Positions 10,408 through 21,047 are shown, counted from the stretch's first letter. The stretch: 64,000 nucleotides of DNA from an uncultured delta proteobacterium (GCA_963789395.1 CAWBKP010000012.1:288001-352000); one strand, 5' to 3'. The notes: a model not told the origin generated them from the sequence alone. A program made the numbers and translations.

Positions 10408-10500
10408 ATCCCCCCCTTTGAAAAGGGGGGCCAGGGGGGATTTTTGACAACTATCCTGCTGAAAAACTCCCCTTCAGTCCCTCTTTTGAAAAGGGGGAAG
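10408..10500. repeat. Inverted pair of C/G-tract hairpin (REP-like) repeats
   Basis: CCCCCCCTTTGAAAAGGGGGGCCAGGGGGGATTTT followed by an inverted copy AAAACTCCCCTTCAGTCCCTCTTTTGAAAAGGGGG. Confidence 0.75.
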
Positions 10501-10533
10501 ATACCGGTTGTTATCATCCATTGGAGCTATCAT

Positions 10534-11418
10534 ATGGAATTATTGCCTCAGGCCACAATCGACGGCCTTCTGATCGGCGGCATTTATATCACCATTGCCA
10601 TCGGTTTTTCACTGGCCTACGGCGTCATGCACATCATCGATTTTGCCGTCGGCGAATGGATCATGCTGGGGGCTTTTCTGGGATATTACCTGAACCTGTG
10701 GACTGTTCTGGATCCGTTTATTCTCCTGCCGGCAATTTTTCTGGTTTTCGGCTTGATCGGATACCTGGTTCAGCCGCTTGTATACCGGGTGATCAGCGGC
10801 AAAAAAGGTAATCCCGTCCTGATGGGGCTGGTCTTTACGTTTGGACTGGCATTGATGTTCCGTGGCATGGCTTTGACCGGATTTGGATTTTATTCCCACT
10901 CCATTCCTTCCGCCATTTCTCAGGACTCCTTCTTTCTGGAAATGGGCAGCGTTTTTATCACCATTCCCTACGTGCGTCTTGCCGGATTGGTATACGCCCT
11001 TGCCATTACCCTGGTGCTGCATTTTGTCCTGAAGAAAACCGACTTTGGCCGTGCTGTAAGGGCCCTTTCCCAGCACCGCGAAGCCTCGGGGCTGATGGGG
11101 ATAAACGCCAAGCGGATCAGTTCTTATGTTTACGGCATTTACGTGGGGCTCAGCGCCATGACCGGCGTCATCATCGGCAGCATTTTCACCATCAACGCCC
11201 AGATGGGCGGAGAATATACGATACTGGCGTTTTTTATCGTGGTTCTGGCCGGCATGGGATATCTGGCAGGGGTTCCGTGGGCTGCCTTTCTGCTGGGTCT
11301 GGTTCAGTCGTTTTTTCTGATCTATCTGAATCCCAGTTACACCCTGATGGCTGTATTCGGCATTCTGTTCACTATTTTATTAATTTCCCCCAAAGGGCTT
11401 TTTGGAAGAGGCGTATGA
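10534..11418 (+). CDS. Liv-family ABC permease (LivH-like)
   Basis: DGLLIGGIYITIAIGFSLAYGVMHIIDFAVGE, TDFGRAVRA; hydrophobic; GGAG SD before 10534. Confidence 0.9.
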   Translation: MELLPQATIDGLLIGGIYITIAIGFSLAYGVMHIIDFAVGEWIMLGAFLGYYLNLWTVLDPFILLPAIFLVFGLIGYLVQPLVYRVISGKKGNPVLMGLVFTFGLALMFRGMALTGFGFYSHSIPSAISQDSFFLEMGSVFITIPYVRLAGLVYALAITLVLHFVLKKTDFGRAVRALSQHREASGLMGINAKRISSYVYGIYVGLSAMTGVIIGSIFTINAQMGGEYTILAFFIVVLAGMGYLAGVPWAAFLLGLVQSFFLIYLNPSYTLMAVFGILFTILLISPKGLFGRGV

Positions 11419-12395
11419 GCCGAAAGTATCTCTTACTTATTCTGGCATTCGGCGTCCTGCTGGCTGTGCCTTCCGTGATCCAAGACACTTTTTTCCTCAG
11501 GATCATCACTGAAGCGATTCTCTGGATCGGCCTGGCCATTTCCTGGGATGTCCTGGCAGGGTATACCGGTTATTTGAATTTCGGGCATGGCGCTTTTTTC
11601 GGCATCGGGGCATATACGACCGCTCTGCTCATGAAGTTATGCGGTTGGTCATTTTTCCTTGCGCTTCCGGTTGCCGGAATGGCAGCCGGCATTGTTGCAT
11701 TGATCGCGGGCATTCCGACGCTCCGGCTTAAGGGTGCCTATTTTGCCATCGCTACCTGGGCGCTGTCCCGGGCCATTCAGCAAATCGCACTGGTCATGGA
11801 TATCACCGGCGGACCCGACGGCATGAGACTTCCCCCGTTTTTGCACCCTGAGTTTTTTTATTATCTCATGCTCGGGGTTGTTGGCGGCATTTTTGCGCTG
11901 TACTGGTTCCTGCTGGAAAAAGCCCCTTTCGGACTCAAGGTCAAAGCCATCCGCGAAGATGACCAAAGCGCCATGTCCCTTGGACTGAATCCTACCTGGA
12001 TCAAGCTCCAGGCATTTATCCTCTCTGCGGTTCCGACCGGGATACTGGGAGCCATTTACGCATACTGGATCACTTACATTGATCCGGCATCCGTTCTGGG
12101 GGACCTGGTTACGGACCAGGCGGTAGTCATGGCGGTATTCGGAGGATTGGGAACCCTGATCGGCCCCGCCATCGGCGCCATCATCATTTATTTATTCAAA
12201 ACCTATTTCTGGGCGTATCTGTCCGATTATCAGGTTCTGTATCTAATTATCCTGGGAGGGGTGATAGCCGCAAGCGTCGTATTCCTTCCCAATGGTCTCT
12301 GGGGAACGATAACCAGCTATCTGCAAACACGGAAAGCATTAAAAAAGGAAGCGGTTTCTCAAGGAAAAACCGATAAAGGAGCCAACCATGTCTGA
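11415..12395 (+). CDS. Liv-family ABC permease (LivM-like)
   Basis: GYTGYLNFGHGAFFGIGAY, LRLKGAYFAIAT, AIREDD, GGLGTLIGP; ATGA overlap with the upstream gene. Confidence 0.9.
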   Translation: MSRKYLLLILAFGVLLAVPSVIQDTFFLRIITEAILWIGLAISWDVLAGYTGYLNFGHGAFFGIGAYTTALLMKLCGWSFFLALPVAGMAAGIVALIAGIPTLRLKGAYFAIATWALSRAIQQIALVMDITGGPDGMRLPPFLHPEFFYYLMLGVVGGIFALYWFLLEKAPFGLKVKAIREDDQSAMSLGLNPTWIKLQAFILSAVPTGILGAIYAYWITYIDPASVLGDLVTDQAVVMAVFGGLGTLIGPAIGAIIIYLFKTYFWAYLSDYQVLYLIILGGVIAASVVFLPNGLWGTITSYLQTRKALKKEAVSQGKTDKGANHV

Positions 12396-13113
12396 ACCAC
12401 TCCTCCAAGTCAATGCCGTCACCAAAACTTTTGGAGGACTGCACGCGGTGTTCCAGGTTTCCTTTCATATGGCTCCCGGTGAGATTATCGGACTTATTGG
12501 CCCCAACGGTGCGGGTAAAACGACCCTGTTCAATGTGATCAGCGGTTTTTACGCGCCAAGCAACGGGCAAATCCATTTCAAGGGACACGACATCAGTGGA
12601 AAACCCCCTTACAAGCTGGCGGTTCTCGGCATCGGCCGCACCTTTCAGGTAGTAAAACCCTTTGCCGGTCTGACTGTCCTTGAAAATGTCATCATCGCTT
12701 CCTTTGCACGTCATCCCAAACGCCGCCAGGCGGAACAGCATGCCTGGCGGATTCTGGAAACAACGGGTCTCGCGGATCGGGCCGATGCCCAGGCTTCCAG
12801 CTTGACGCTGGCCGGCCGAAAGCGGCTTGAGGTCAGCAAGGCCCTGGCCCTGGAGCCGACACTGCTCCTTCTGGATGAAGTGGTTGCAGGCCTGAATCCG
12901 ACTGAGGCGGACCGGACCATCGAACTGATTCTTTCACTGCGCGACCAGGGGATCACGATATTGATTGTCGAGCATATCATGCGGGTCATCATGAACATCA
13001 GCGACCGCGTCGTGGTACTCAATTTCGGCCAGAAAATCGCAGAAGGCATTCCCAGAGATGTGGCCAGAAATCCCGATGTCATCCAGGCGTATCTGGGGGA
13101 GGTGCCGCAATGA
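12388..13113 (+). CDS. ABC ATP-binding protein (LivG-like)
   Basis: [32 protein letters not shown]. Confidence 0.93.
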   Translation: MSEPLLQVNAVTKTFGGLHAVFQVSFHMAPGEIIGLIGPNGAGKTTLFNVISGFYAPSNGQIHFKGHDISGKPPYKLAVLGIGRTFQVVKPFAGLTVLENVIIASFARHPKRRQAEQHAWRILETTGLADRADAQASSLTLAGRKRLEVSKALALEPTLLLLDEVVAGLNPTEADRTIELILSLRDQGITILIVEHIMRVIMNISDRVVVLNFGQKIAEGIPRDVARNPDVIQAYLGEVPQ

Positions 13114-13820
13114 ATATTTTAAATGCAAAAGCGATTTCGGTTTACTACGGGGATATACAAGCCCTGTGGGACATCTCCTTATCCGTCACCTCAGGACAGA
13201 TTGTGGCCCTTCTCGGGACCAACGGCGCCGGTAAAACCACGACCCTGAAAACGATCTGCGGTTTGCTTTCCAGCACATCCGGTCAAATAGACTTTGAAGG
13301 AAAGATCATCAGCGGTCTTCCGGTCCATGATATCGCCAATCTGGGGATTACACTGGTTCCCGAAGGCAGGCAGCTCTTTCCAAAAATGAATGTAGAGGAA
13401 AATCTGCTGATCGGCTCCTACCTCAGACGGACGCATGTCCACAGGGCTGCAAATCTGAGCAAAGTCTATGAACTTTTCCCCCGTCTTGCGGAAAGAAAAA
13501 ACCAAACCGCGGAAACCCTTTCCGGCGGTGAGCAGCAGATGGTGGCCATCGGCAGGGCCTTGATGCAGAGCCCGAAACTCATCATGTTCGACGAGCCCAG
13601 CCTGGGGTTGTCGCCAATTCTGGTCCAGGAAGTGTTCCGCGTTATCGAAGAACTTCACAGCCAGGGACTGACGATTTTTCTGGTCGAACAGAATGTTCAC
13701 CAGACGCTTAAAATCGCCGACTACTGTTATGTGATGGAAAACGGCAGCGTTGTCAAGGAAGGCACGGGAAAGGATCTGGAAAAGGACGCCTCGATCCGGG
13801 AGACGTATCTGGGATTCTGA
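13110..13820 (+). CDS. ABC ATP-binding protein (LivF-like)
   Basis: GTNGAGKTT, VPEGRQLF, LSGGEQQM, DEPSLGL, VEQN. Confidence 0.93.
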   Translation: MNILNAKAISVYYGDIQALWDISLSVTSGQIVALLGTNGAGKTTTLKTICGLLSSTSGQIDFEGKIISGLPVHDIANLGITLVPEGRQLFPKMNVEENLLIGSYLRRTHVHRAANLSKVYELFPRLAERKNQTAETLSGGEQQMVAIGRALMQSPKLIMFDEPSLGLSPILVQEVFRVIEELHSQGLTIFLVEQNVHQTLKIADYCYVMENGSVVKEGTGKDLEKDASIRETYLGF

Positions 13821-13827
13821 GAAAAAA

Positions 13828-14403
13828 ATGATCACTCCCGTAATGAGACTTCAGCTGCCTGCCTGGGTGGATCAGTTCCTTGCGGATTCACCCGGAAGAT
13901 TTCCGGGAATAGAAGAAAGAATGCGATTTGTGCTGGAGCTTTCCCGCCTGAATGTCATGAATGGAACCGGGGGGCCCTTCGGGGCGGCGGTGTTTGACGG
14001 TGACGGATGGTTGATCGCTCCGGGGATCAATTTGGTCGTCATTTCGAACTGCTCTCTTTTGCATGCGGAAATGGTGGCGCTGGCCGGCGCCCAGCAGAAA
14101 CTGGAACGCTATGATATCGGCGACGGCGGCAAGCACCACTTCGATCTCTTTGCCACGACCGAACCCTGCGCCATGTGCTTTGGCGCCATTCCCTGGTCCG
14201 GGGTGAGCCGACTGGTCTGCGGGGCAAGGGATGAAGACGCCCGTGCAATCGGTTTCGATGAAGGCCCTAAACTTGCCGACTGGGTGGCTGCCCTCAATGA
14301 ACGGGGCATCACCGTCCTTCGCGACGTCCTTCGCAATGAGGCAGTAACGGTGCTTCAAAGCTATATCACATCAGGTGGCACCATTTACAACGCCGGTCAT
14401 TAA
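13828..14403 (+). CDS. Zn-dependent nucleoside/nucleobase deaminase (cytidine-deaminase fold)
   Basis: GGPFGAAV, HAE, EPCAMC and GFDEG motifs. Confidence 0.88.
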   Translation: MITPVMRLQLPAWVDQFLADSPGRFPGIEERMRFVLELSRLNVMNGTGGPFGAAVFDGDGWLIAPGINLVVISNCSLLHAEMVALAGAQQKLERYDIGDGGKHHFDLFATTEPCAMCFGAIPWSGVSRLVCGARDEDARAIGFDEGPKLADWVAALNERGITVLRDVLRNEAVTVLQSYITSGGTIYNAGH

Positions 14404-14471
14404 GTCTCCCTTTCCGTGGTTTCGCTTCCCCTGCCCGCTGATTCCCGGCACCAGTGATCTTCTTCTCAGCT

Positions 14472-15540
14472 TCAGACCAGAGCCATGGCTTTTTCCGGAC
14501 AGATCTCCTGACAGCAGAAACAGCGGATGCAGATCTCTGGGTCCGCTTCCGGATACTCCCCATTCATCGACAGAGCGGAAACCGGACATTGATCGATGCA
14601 GGCGCCACACCCTGTACAAAGTTCTACATTTGCCTGAGGTTGAAGCAAAGTCGGTCTCTGAAGGATATCCTGAACGACAGGGTTATTCATATTTGCCTCA
14701 CCGCCGAGAGGTGGCAATTTAAAATCCGGCAGTTGTTTGAGTTCCCCGATGATTTCAATCAGTATTCAGGTCATAATCGCCCAGACCAAGACTTTTTGCC
14801 TTGCGGAGAAATCCCAGCTTGGCCGGATCGCATCCCATCATGGTCGCAATGACGGCATCCAGGGCTACGGCATTGTCCGATGCCAGGATGAGTCCGATGT
14901 CTCTCAGCTCCGGTGACGCCGGACCGTTTCCTTCCATTCCAACCACCGCATCCACAATGAAAAGATCGGGAACCCTTAGCCGGAATACGTCCACAATCAT
15001 TTCATGGAACCGCGCCGGGCTGCCCGCAGCCTTGTGAAGCCTGGCTTTTTGTGCGCCGGGCAGAAAGCCGTAACTGTTCTTGATGGCCCCGGTTATTACC
15101 GTCAGCCCATGGGTTTTGAACTTGGGCAGACTGATAATGATATCCGCGTCCAGAACCGCACGAGAGAGACTCACCGTCGGCATATATTCCGCGTTAAAAT
15201 CCATTTTCCGTGAATCGGTGCCGATATTTTGGTAATAGCCGCCGGAGGCTTCCATAAGGCCCGTTTTCCTGAAACTCTCCTCGTTGGCGCCATAGCTGAA
15301 CACACCCGGATTGTCGCCCACGACAATCGAAGCCGGTTTCATGGATTCGACCCGTTCGACCACTGCACGCAGCACTGCCGGATTGGTTACGATCGCCTCA
15401 TTGGCCTCGGATGCTCTCAGGACATTGGGTTTAATCAATACTTTCCTGCCATTCAGTTCCAGGGGAAAAATTTCAAATGCCCGGGCTATCGCCCGCCGGA
15501 CATCTTCGTAAGTTGCTGGCTGGATCATCACGGTTGACAT
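14472..15540 (-). CDS. DUF362 protein with C-terminal 2x[4Fe-4S] domain (one frameshift near 14758)
   Basis: VLIKPN, SLPKFKTH, GAIKNSYG, GMEGNGP; shifting frame continues IEIIGELKQLPDFKLPP into CTGCGACIDQCP and CIRCFCCQEICP. Confidence 0.85.
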
Positions 15541-15709
15541 GGCGGTACCTCTTTTATTGGATTTTGGAAGGATCGATGACTGTATGTCTGATAATACTGC
15601 AAATAACGAACAGTATCCACAGAAATATTGATTCTGTGAATCTCCAACCGCAAAGATGAGATTCGCCCAGCCATCGCCGGTAATTTCATATGATAATCCG
15701 GTTAGTATA

Positions 15710-15760
15710 AATAACGAACGACCGTTTTTTATTGACAGGCGCGCTACATTGGAATATTTT
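15710..15760 (+). promoter_or_regulatory. Sigma-70-type promoter with overlapping palindromic operator
   Basis: TTGACA(15732)-17 bp-TATTTT(15755); imperfect palindrome AATAACGAACG-AC-CGTTTTTTATT overlaps the -35. Confidence 0.55.
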
Positions 15761-15838
15761 CATATGAAACAGCCATGGTTTTATTATTCAGTTAAGTTCC
15801 ATTTAAATACTCGGCAAGCGGTCAAATAGGAGGCGGTT

Positions 15839-17044
15839 ATGGATTTTAGCGTATCGGAAAAAATGCTGACCATTACACAAATGATTGATGAATTTGTGCT
15901 AAAAGAAATCATTCCCCTGGAACCGGCGTTGCTGGCACGGGGATTCAAGGCCCTCTTGCCCGATCTTGAAAAAAAACGCCGGATGGTCAAACAGATGGAG
16001 TTATGGGCCCCGAACCATCCAAAAGAATATGGCGGCATGGGGCTTAATCTGAAAGAGCATGCTCTGGTTTCCGAATGCCTGGGCCGCTCGATCCTGGGCC
16101 ATTATGTTTTTGGCTGCCAGGCGCCGGATGCAGGCAATATTGAGATTCTGCACATGTTCGGCACCCCGGAGCAGAAAGAAACATGGCTGCCCCCCCTGGT
16201 ATCGGGCAAAATCCGAAGCTGCTTTTCCATGACCGAAGTGGAAATGCCGGGGTCCAATCCGGTAATGATGGATACCACGGCCGTCAAGGATGGCGACGAC
16301 TATATAATCAACGGCCAGAAATGGTACACCTCCTCATCCGATGGGGCCAGATTCGCGATTGTCATGGCCGTGACCAACCCGGAAGCCTCCCCCTATCAGC
16401 GGGCGAGCATGATCATCGTCCCCACTGACACGCCGGGATTCAACCAGGTGAGAAACATTCCGGTGATGGGCGAGGCCGGCGAGGACTATTTCGGACATGG
16501 CGAGATCCTTTACCAGAACTGCCGCGTGCCCCAGTCCAACCTGCTGGGCCCGGAGGGCAGCGCCTTCGCCATTGCCCAGGAACGTCTGGGGCCTGGCAGG
16601 ATCCACCACTGCATGCGCTGGATCGGCATCTGCAACCGCTGTTTCGATCTCATGTGTTCACGGGCACTCAGCCGGCCCATTGCACCCGGCAAAACTCTGG
16701 CTTATAAAGAGATTATTCAGGCCTGGATTGCCGAATGCGCCGCCGATATTCAGGCCGCGCGCCTCATGGTACTTTATACCGCGGACAGGATCGACAAAGT
16801 TGGCGCAAAAGAAGCCCGCATCGAAATTTCCATGATCAAATATGTCGTTGCCAACACCATGATGAAGGTGATCGACCGGGCCCTTCAGGTACACGGGGGC
16901 CTCGGCATGACGGACGACACGATCATTGCCTTTTTTTATCGTCATGAACGGGCCAGCCGGATTTACGATGGCGCAGACGAGGTGCACAAGCTCTCCGTGG
17001 CCCGCCAGATTCTAAAGAAATACGCCGGGAAGAAAGCCAATTAA
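15839..17044 (+). CDS. Acyl-CoA dehydrogenase (ACAD10/11 C-terminal-like)
   Basis: CQAPDAGNIEIL, CFSMTE, INGQKW, AQERLGPGRIHHCMR, ALQVHGG, RIYDGADEVH. Confidence 0.95.
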   Translation: MDFSVSEKMLTITQMIDEFVLKEIIPLEPALLARGFKALLPDLEKKRRMVKQMELWAPNHPKEYGGMGLNLKEHALVSECLGRSILGHYVFGCQAPDAGNIEILHMFGTPEQKETWLPPLVSGKIRSCFSMTEVEMPGSNPVMMDTTAVKDGDDYIINGQKWYTSSSDGARFAIVMAVTNPEASPYQRASMIIVPTDTPGFNQVRNIPVMGEAGEDYFGHGEILYQNCRVPQSNLLGPEGSAFAIAQERLGPGRIHHCMRWIGICNRCFDLMCSRALSRPIAPGKTLAYKEIIQAWIAECAADIQAARLMVLYTADRIDKVGAKEARIEISMIKYVVANTMMKVIDRALQVHGGLGMTDDTIIAFFYRHERASRIYDGADEVHKLSVARQILKKYAGKKAN

Positions 17045-17045
17045 T

Positions 17046-17747
17046 ATGAAGAGCACCATGACATACGCCGAATTCTGTCAGCAAGTCAATATCTCCAAAA
17101 TGGAGATATACCAGGAATCCTTTTCTGAAAACCGTCAAACCAAGCGTATCAAAAAAGAAAAAACGGCGGTCAAAAACCTGGATACTATTTTTGGCGCGGT
17201 TCTGAAAATCAGCAACAAAAAAGGATTCAAGTCCATGAGCATGAGGGATCTCAGCCAGGAATGCGGGCTGAGCATGGGCGCTCTTTATAATTATTTTTCC
17301 AGCAAGGATGAACTCCTTGAAATGCTTCAGCACCAGCGGCGATCCATTACCGGAAAAATCCTTGAAGAACGAATTGCATCCGAAGACTCCGCGCCCGCCA
17401 GGCTGAAGGCTGCTATCTTTAGCCACCTGTATCTGAGCGAAGCCATGCAGCCTTGGTTCTATTTTTCGTTCATGGAGACCAAAAACCTTTCTGACACTGA
17501 AAAGCAGAAAGCCATAGATAGCGAACTGGCAACGGAAAAACTGATTTGCGATATCCTGATTCAGGGGCAGGAACAAAACGTGTTCAACCAACATGATCCT
17601 CAGCTTGGGGCTTGCATGATCAAGGCCATGCTTCAGGACTGGTATTTGAAACGGGGGAAATACGCTGGCAAAAATATTTCTGTCGATCAGTACGCAGCAT
17701 ATCTTCAAGAATTTGTAGCAGCATTTTTCTTGAAAGCCCCAAGTTGA
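17046..17747 (+). CDS. TetR-family transcriptional regulator
   Basis: KGFKSMSMRDLSQECGLSMGALYNYFSSKDELL HTH. Confidence 0.93.
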   Translation: MKSTMTYAEFCQQVNISKMEIYQESFSENRQTKRIKKEKTAVKNLDTIFGAVLKISNKKGFKSMSMRDLSQECGLSMGALYNYFSSKDELLEMLQHQRRSITGKILEERIASEDSAPARLKAAIFSHLYLSEAMQPWFYFSFMETKNLSDTEKQKAIDSELATEKLICDILIQGQEQNVFNQHDPQLGACMIKAMLQDWYLKRGKYAGKNISVDQYAAYLQEFVAAFFLKAPS

Positions 17748-17817
17748 TTTTTTATCGAAATATTATCTGTTTAGGTGAACGCATTGATCAAGGCCCAGGA
17801 TTGTCAAAGGAGAGGTT

Positions 17818-18876
17818 ATGGAATTGATGGATCAGGCATCGGAAGTGCGCAGTGGCGAAGAACTTGATGCAGCAAAAGTTGAATCTTTTCTTCGAGATTC
17901 GATTCCGCATCTCGGGGGGAAAATGACTGTCCGGCAATTTCCGGGCGGTCATTCGAATCTGACCTATCTGATCACTTTTGAAAACAGGGAAATGGTTCTG
18001 CGCAGGCCACCCTTTGGCGCCAAAGCCAAATCCGCCCATGACATGGGACGTGAATACCGGATACTGAAAGCGCTGAAACCTTTTTACCCCTATTGTCCGG
18101 AACCGCTCGCGTATTCCGACGACTTGGATGTCATGGGCTGTCCCTTTTATGTCATGGAGCGCATTCAGGGGATTATTTTGCGCCGGAATCTGCCCAAGGG
18201 AATGGTTATGACCTCGAACCAGGTGGAACGCCTGTTTCAGAAAGTGATTGAAACCCATTATGCACTGCATCGTCTCGACTATCGGAAAATCGGGCTGGAA
18301 GGCTTCGGCAAACCCGAAGGATATGTCCGTCGTCAGGTGGAAGGATGGAGCAGACGTTATCGGGCTGCCCGGACTCCGGACGCACCGGAGTTTGAATCCG
18401 TAATGGCCTGGCTGGATACGCATCAACCAGGGGACTCATCCCACCCCTGCATCATTCACAATGATTTTAAATTCGACAACATTGTTCTGAACAGCGGCGA
18501 CCCCTTAAGCATCATCGGCGTTCTGGACTGGGAAATGGCCACCATCGGCGATCCGCTGATGGATCTGGGCAGCACACTGGGATACTGGGTGGAACCGGGC
18601 GACCCCCCGGAGATGCAGGCCATGAAAACCCTTCCCACCCACCTTGAAGGCGCGCTGACCCGAAAGCAGATGGTTGCATATTACAGCAGCCTTTCCGGCA
18701 GATCCGTGGACCATTACGAATTCTATTACGGATTCGGTCTGTTCCGCCTGGCTGTCATCGCCCAGCAGATCTATTACCGTTTTTACCATGGACAGACCAA
18801 GGACCAGCGGTTCCAGTCCCTGATCTTTGCAGTAACCATTCTTGAAAAGACCGCCACACAGCTCCTGGGTCTTTAA
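17818..18876 (+). CDS. Phosphotransferase (APH/ACAD10 N-terminal-like)
   Basis: QFPGGHSNLTY, VLRRPP, AHDMGREY, HNDFKFDN, LDWEMATIGDPLMDL. Confidence 0.93.
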   Translation: MELMDQASEVRSGEELDAAKVESFLRDSIPHLGGKMTVRQFPGGHSNLTYLITFENREMVLRRPPFGAKAKSAHDMGREYRILKALKPFYPYCPEPLAYSDDLDVMGCPFYVMERIQGIILRRNLPKGMVMTSNQVERLFQKVIETHYALHRLDYRKIGLEGFGKPEGYVRRQVEGWSRRYRAARTPDAPEFESVMAWLDTHQPGDSSHPCIIHNDFKFDNIVLNSGDPLSIIGVLDWEMATIGDPLMDLGSTLGYWVEPGDPPEMQAMKTLPTHLEGALTRKQMVAYYSSLSGRSVDHYEFYYGFGLFRLAVIAQQIYYRFYHGQTKDQRFQSLIFAVTILEKTATQLLGL

Positions 18877-18955
18877 CCTGCCGTTTTCTACAGTCCACTG
18901 ATTGCAGTTTTCTTATATGTCATCAGTAACTTATTGATTGATATAGGGAGGTAAA

Positions 18956-20869
18956 ATGAACCATACACATTATCCTTTTTGGCCGAAACGTCTTCCCAAA
19001 TTCATGCCGATCCCGCAAGTCCCCCTCCATGACCTCCTGGAAACGTCCGCCAGGCGATATCCGGACCGGACTGCCATGATTTACTACGGCACGGATATTT
19101 CTTACCATGAATTCTGGAAACAGGCACTCCAATTTGCAGGCTCGCTTTATGACATCGGTATCCGGACGGGTGACCGCGTGGCCGAAGATGAAGCCGATTG
19201 TCTGAATATCATCCGTCAGTTCTTGTCCTATTTGCCTTCCCACTGCATGGAGTTGCCGCCGGTTGCAACGGTTCCACCGGAATCGGGCGCTGAAATGCCG
19301 CGGATTCTGGACCTTCTTCCTGAAAAGCGCAACCGGACCTATGACATGCACAAAATCATCCTTTGCATTGTCGATAGCGCCTCGCTTTTTCCCGTCAAGC
19401 CAACTTTCGGCCAGGCGGCACTGCTCTGTCACGCATCGAAGGAAGCGTTGTCGGCATCTTAATGGGCAATTGCCCCCAGTACATGATCGCACATTTCGGC
19501 ATTCAGAAAATCGGCGCCATTGTCTGCCTCTGCTCACCACTGTCAAGAAAATGGAACTGGCGCACGAACTCATTGACGCCGGAATTGAAATCATCGTTGC
19601 ATGGGACCTGCTGATGCCAGTTGTCTATGAGGTTCTGGAACAGACAGCGCTGCGCAAAATCGTGACAGCCCACCTGAGCGATTATATCCCGGCCATCCCC
19701 ACGCTCCCCTTCCCGATATCATGAAAATCCCGAAACAATCCATTGCCGGAACGGACGACTTTCTGCAGCTCCTCTCCGATAGCCCTGCAGTGCCTGCCGA
19801 TATGGTCATCGACATGCAACAGGATATCGGCCTGTTTCAGTACACGGGCGGCACCACCGGCCTGCCCAAGGGCTGCATGCTCAGCCATTATGCTGCGCTT
19901 TTTAAAACGGCCGCGGTATGCACGATCACTGAAATGAAAAAAGAGGATGTTTGCCTGGTCACCATGCCGATTTTCCACAGCGTCGGGATGCTGGCAGGAA
20001 TGAACAGTTGTATATATGCGGGCACCACCCAGGTCCTTTTGACCCTTTTTGATGCCAAAACAGCCATGCAGGCCATTGCCCAGTACCGCATTCGCTTCTG
20101 GTACAGCGCTGTACCCATGAATGTGGCGATCCTGTTCTCATCCGGATGCTGCAAGCTATGATCTAAGCAGCCTGAAACTGTGCCTGACCTCTTCTTTCGG
20201 CATTCAACTGACGGAAGAGATTTCCCGAAATTGGTCCAACTTCACAAACGGAGGCCTTCTGATCGAAGGTGCTTACGGTTTGAGCGAAACGCACACGGCA
20301 GACACTTACATGCCAAAAAACAACATCAAGTATGGCGCTACGGGAATTCCCGGATTTGAGCAGGAATTCAGGATTGTCGATCTGACAGACCGGAACCGGG
20401 AGGTGCCGCTGGGCGAACCCGGAGAGATTGTCCTGAAAAACCCTGCGGTTTTCAAAGGTTACTGGAACCAGCCCGAAGCCACCCGGAATAGCCTGATTGA
20501 TGGATGGGTCCATACCGGCGACATTGGTCGTTTTGATGAAGACGGATATTTATTTCTTCTGGGCAGAAAAAAGAGATGATCAAGGTCAGCGGCTTTTCCG
20601 TATTTCCGGAAGAAGTGGAGCTCATTTTGAACCGGCACCCGGCTGTGGCCCTGTCAGCGGTCATCGGTGTACCGGATCCCAACAAAGGGGAAGTGGTCAA
20701 GGCCTTTATTGTCATCCGCTCCGGCTTCAGTCTTACATCGGAGGCGCTTCAACAATGGGCCAGAGAAAATATATCGTCTTATAAGTGCCCGGCTCAAGTG
20801 GAATTCAGAGATTCCCTGCCCACACTGGGAACCGGCAAACTGCTGCGCCGGGCCTTGAAAGATACCTGA
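18956..20869 (+). pseudogene. Long-chain acyl-CoA synthetase, disrupted by a foreign insert and several frameshifts
   Basis: Fragments in different frames: FWPKRLP...GDRVA, NCPQYMIAHFGIQKIGA, YTGGTTGLPKG, AYGLSET, HTGDIG, MIKVSGFSVFPEEVE, GKLLRR. Confidence 0.85.
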
Positions 20870-21047
20870 CAGCTGATCCTGTTGCAAATTACCTTTCAAC
20901 CATGATATGAGTTCGACCGAGCTTCATTATCACCTTCATGTGTTTGGGTGTCGTTTGCATCGGGCCACGGTATCACCAAATCGCTAAGAAGGCTTTCTTT
21001 TAACCAATTTCCATCAGTCGGTGAAACATGCGGCAAAGACATCAGGC

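Noticed and set aside
13828..14403. Deaminase as an anti-phage defence or editing enzyme
   Set aside because: No defence-island context or kinase fusion; it resembles ordinary guanine/nucleoside deaminases.
14755..14760. TGA in the DUF362 gene as selenocysteine or readthrough
   Set aside because: The downstream domain is in a different frame; a single extra base explains it.
20870..21047. c-di-AMP (ydaO) riboswitch ahead of ktrB
   Set aside because: No recognisable conserved riboswitch motifs by eye; cmscan would be needed.
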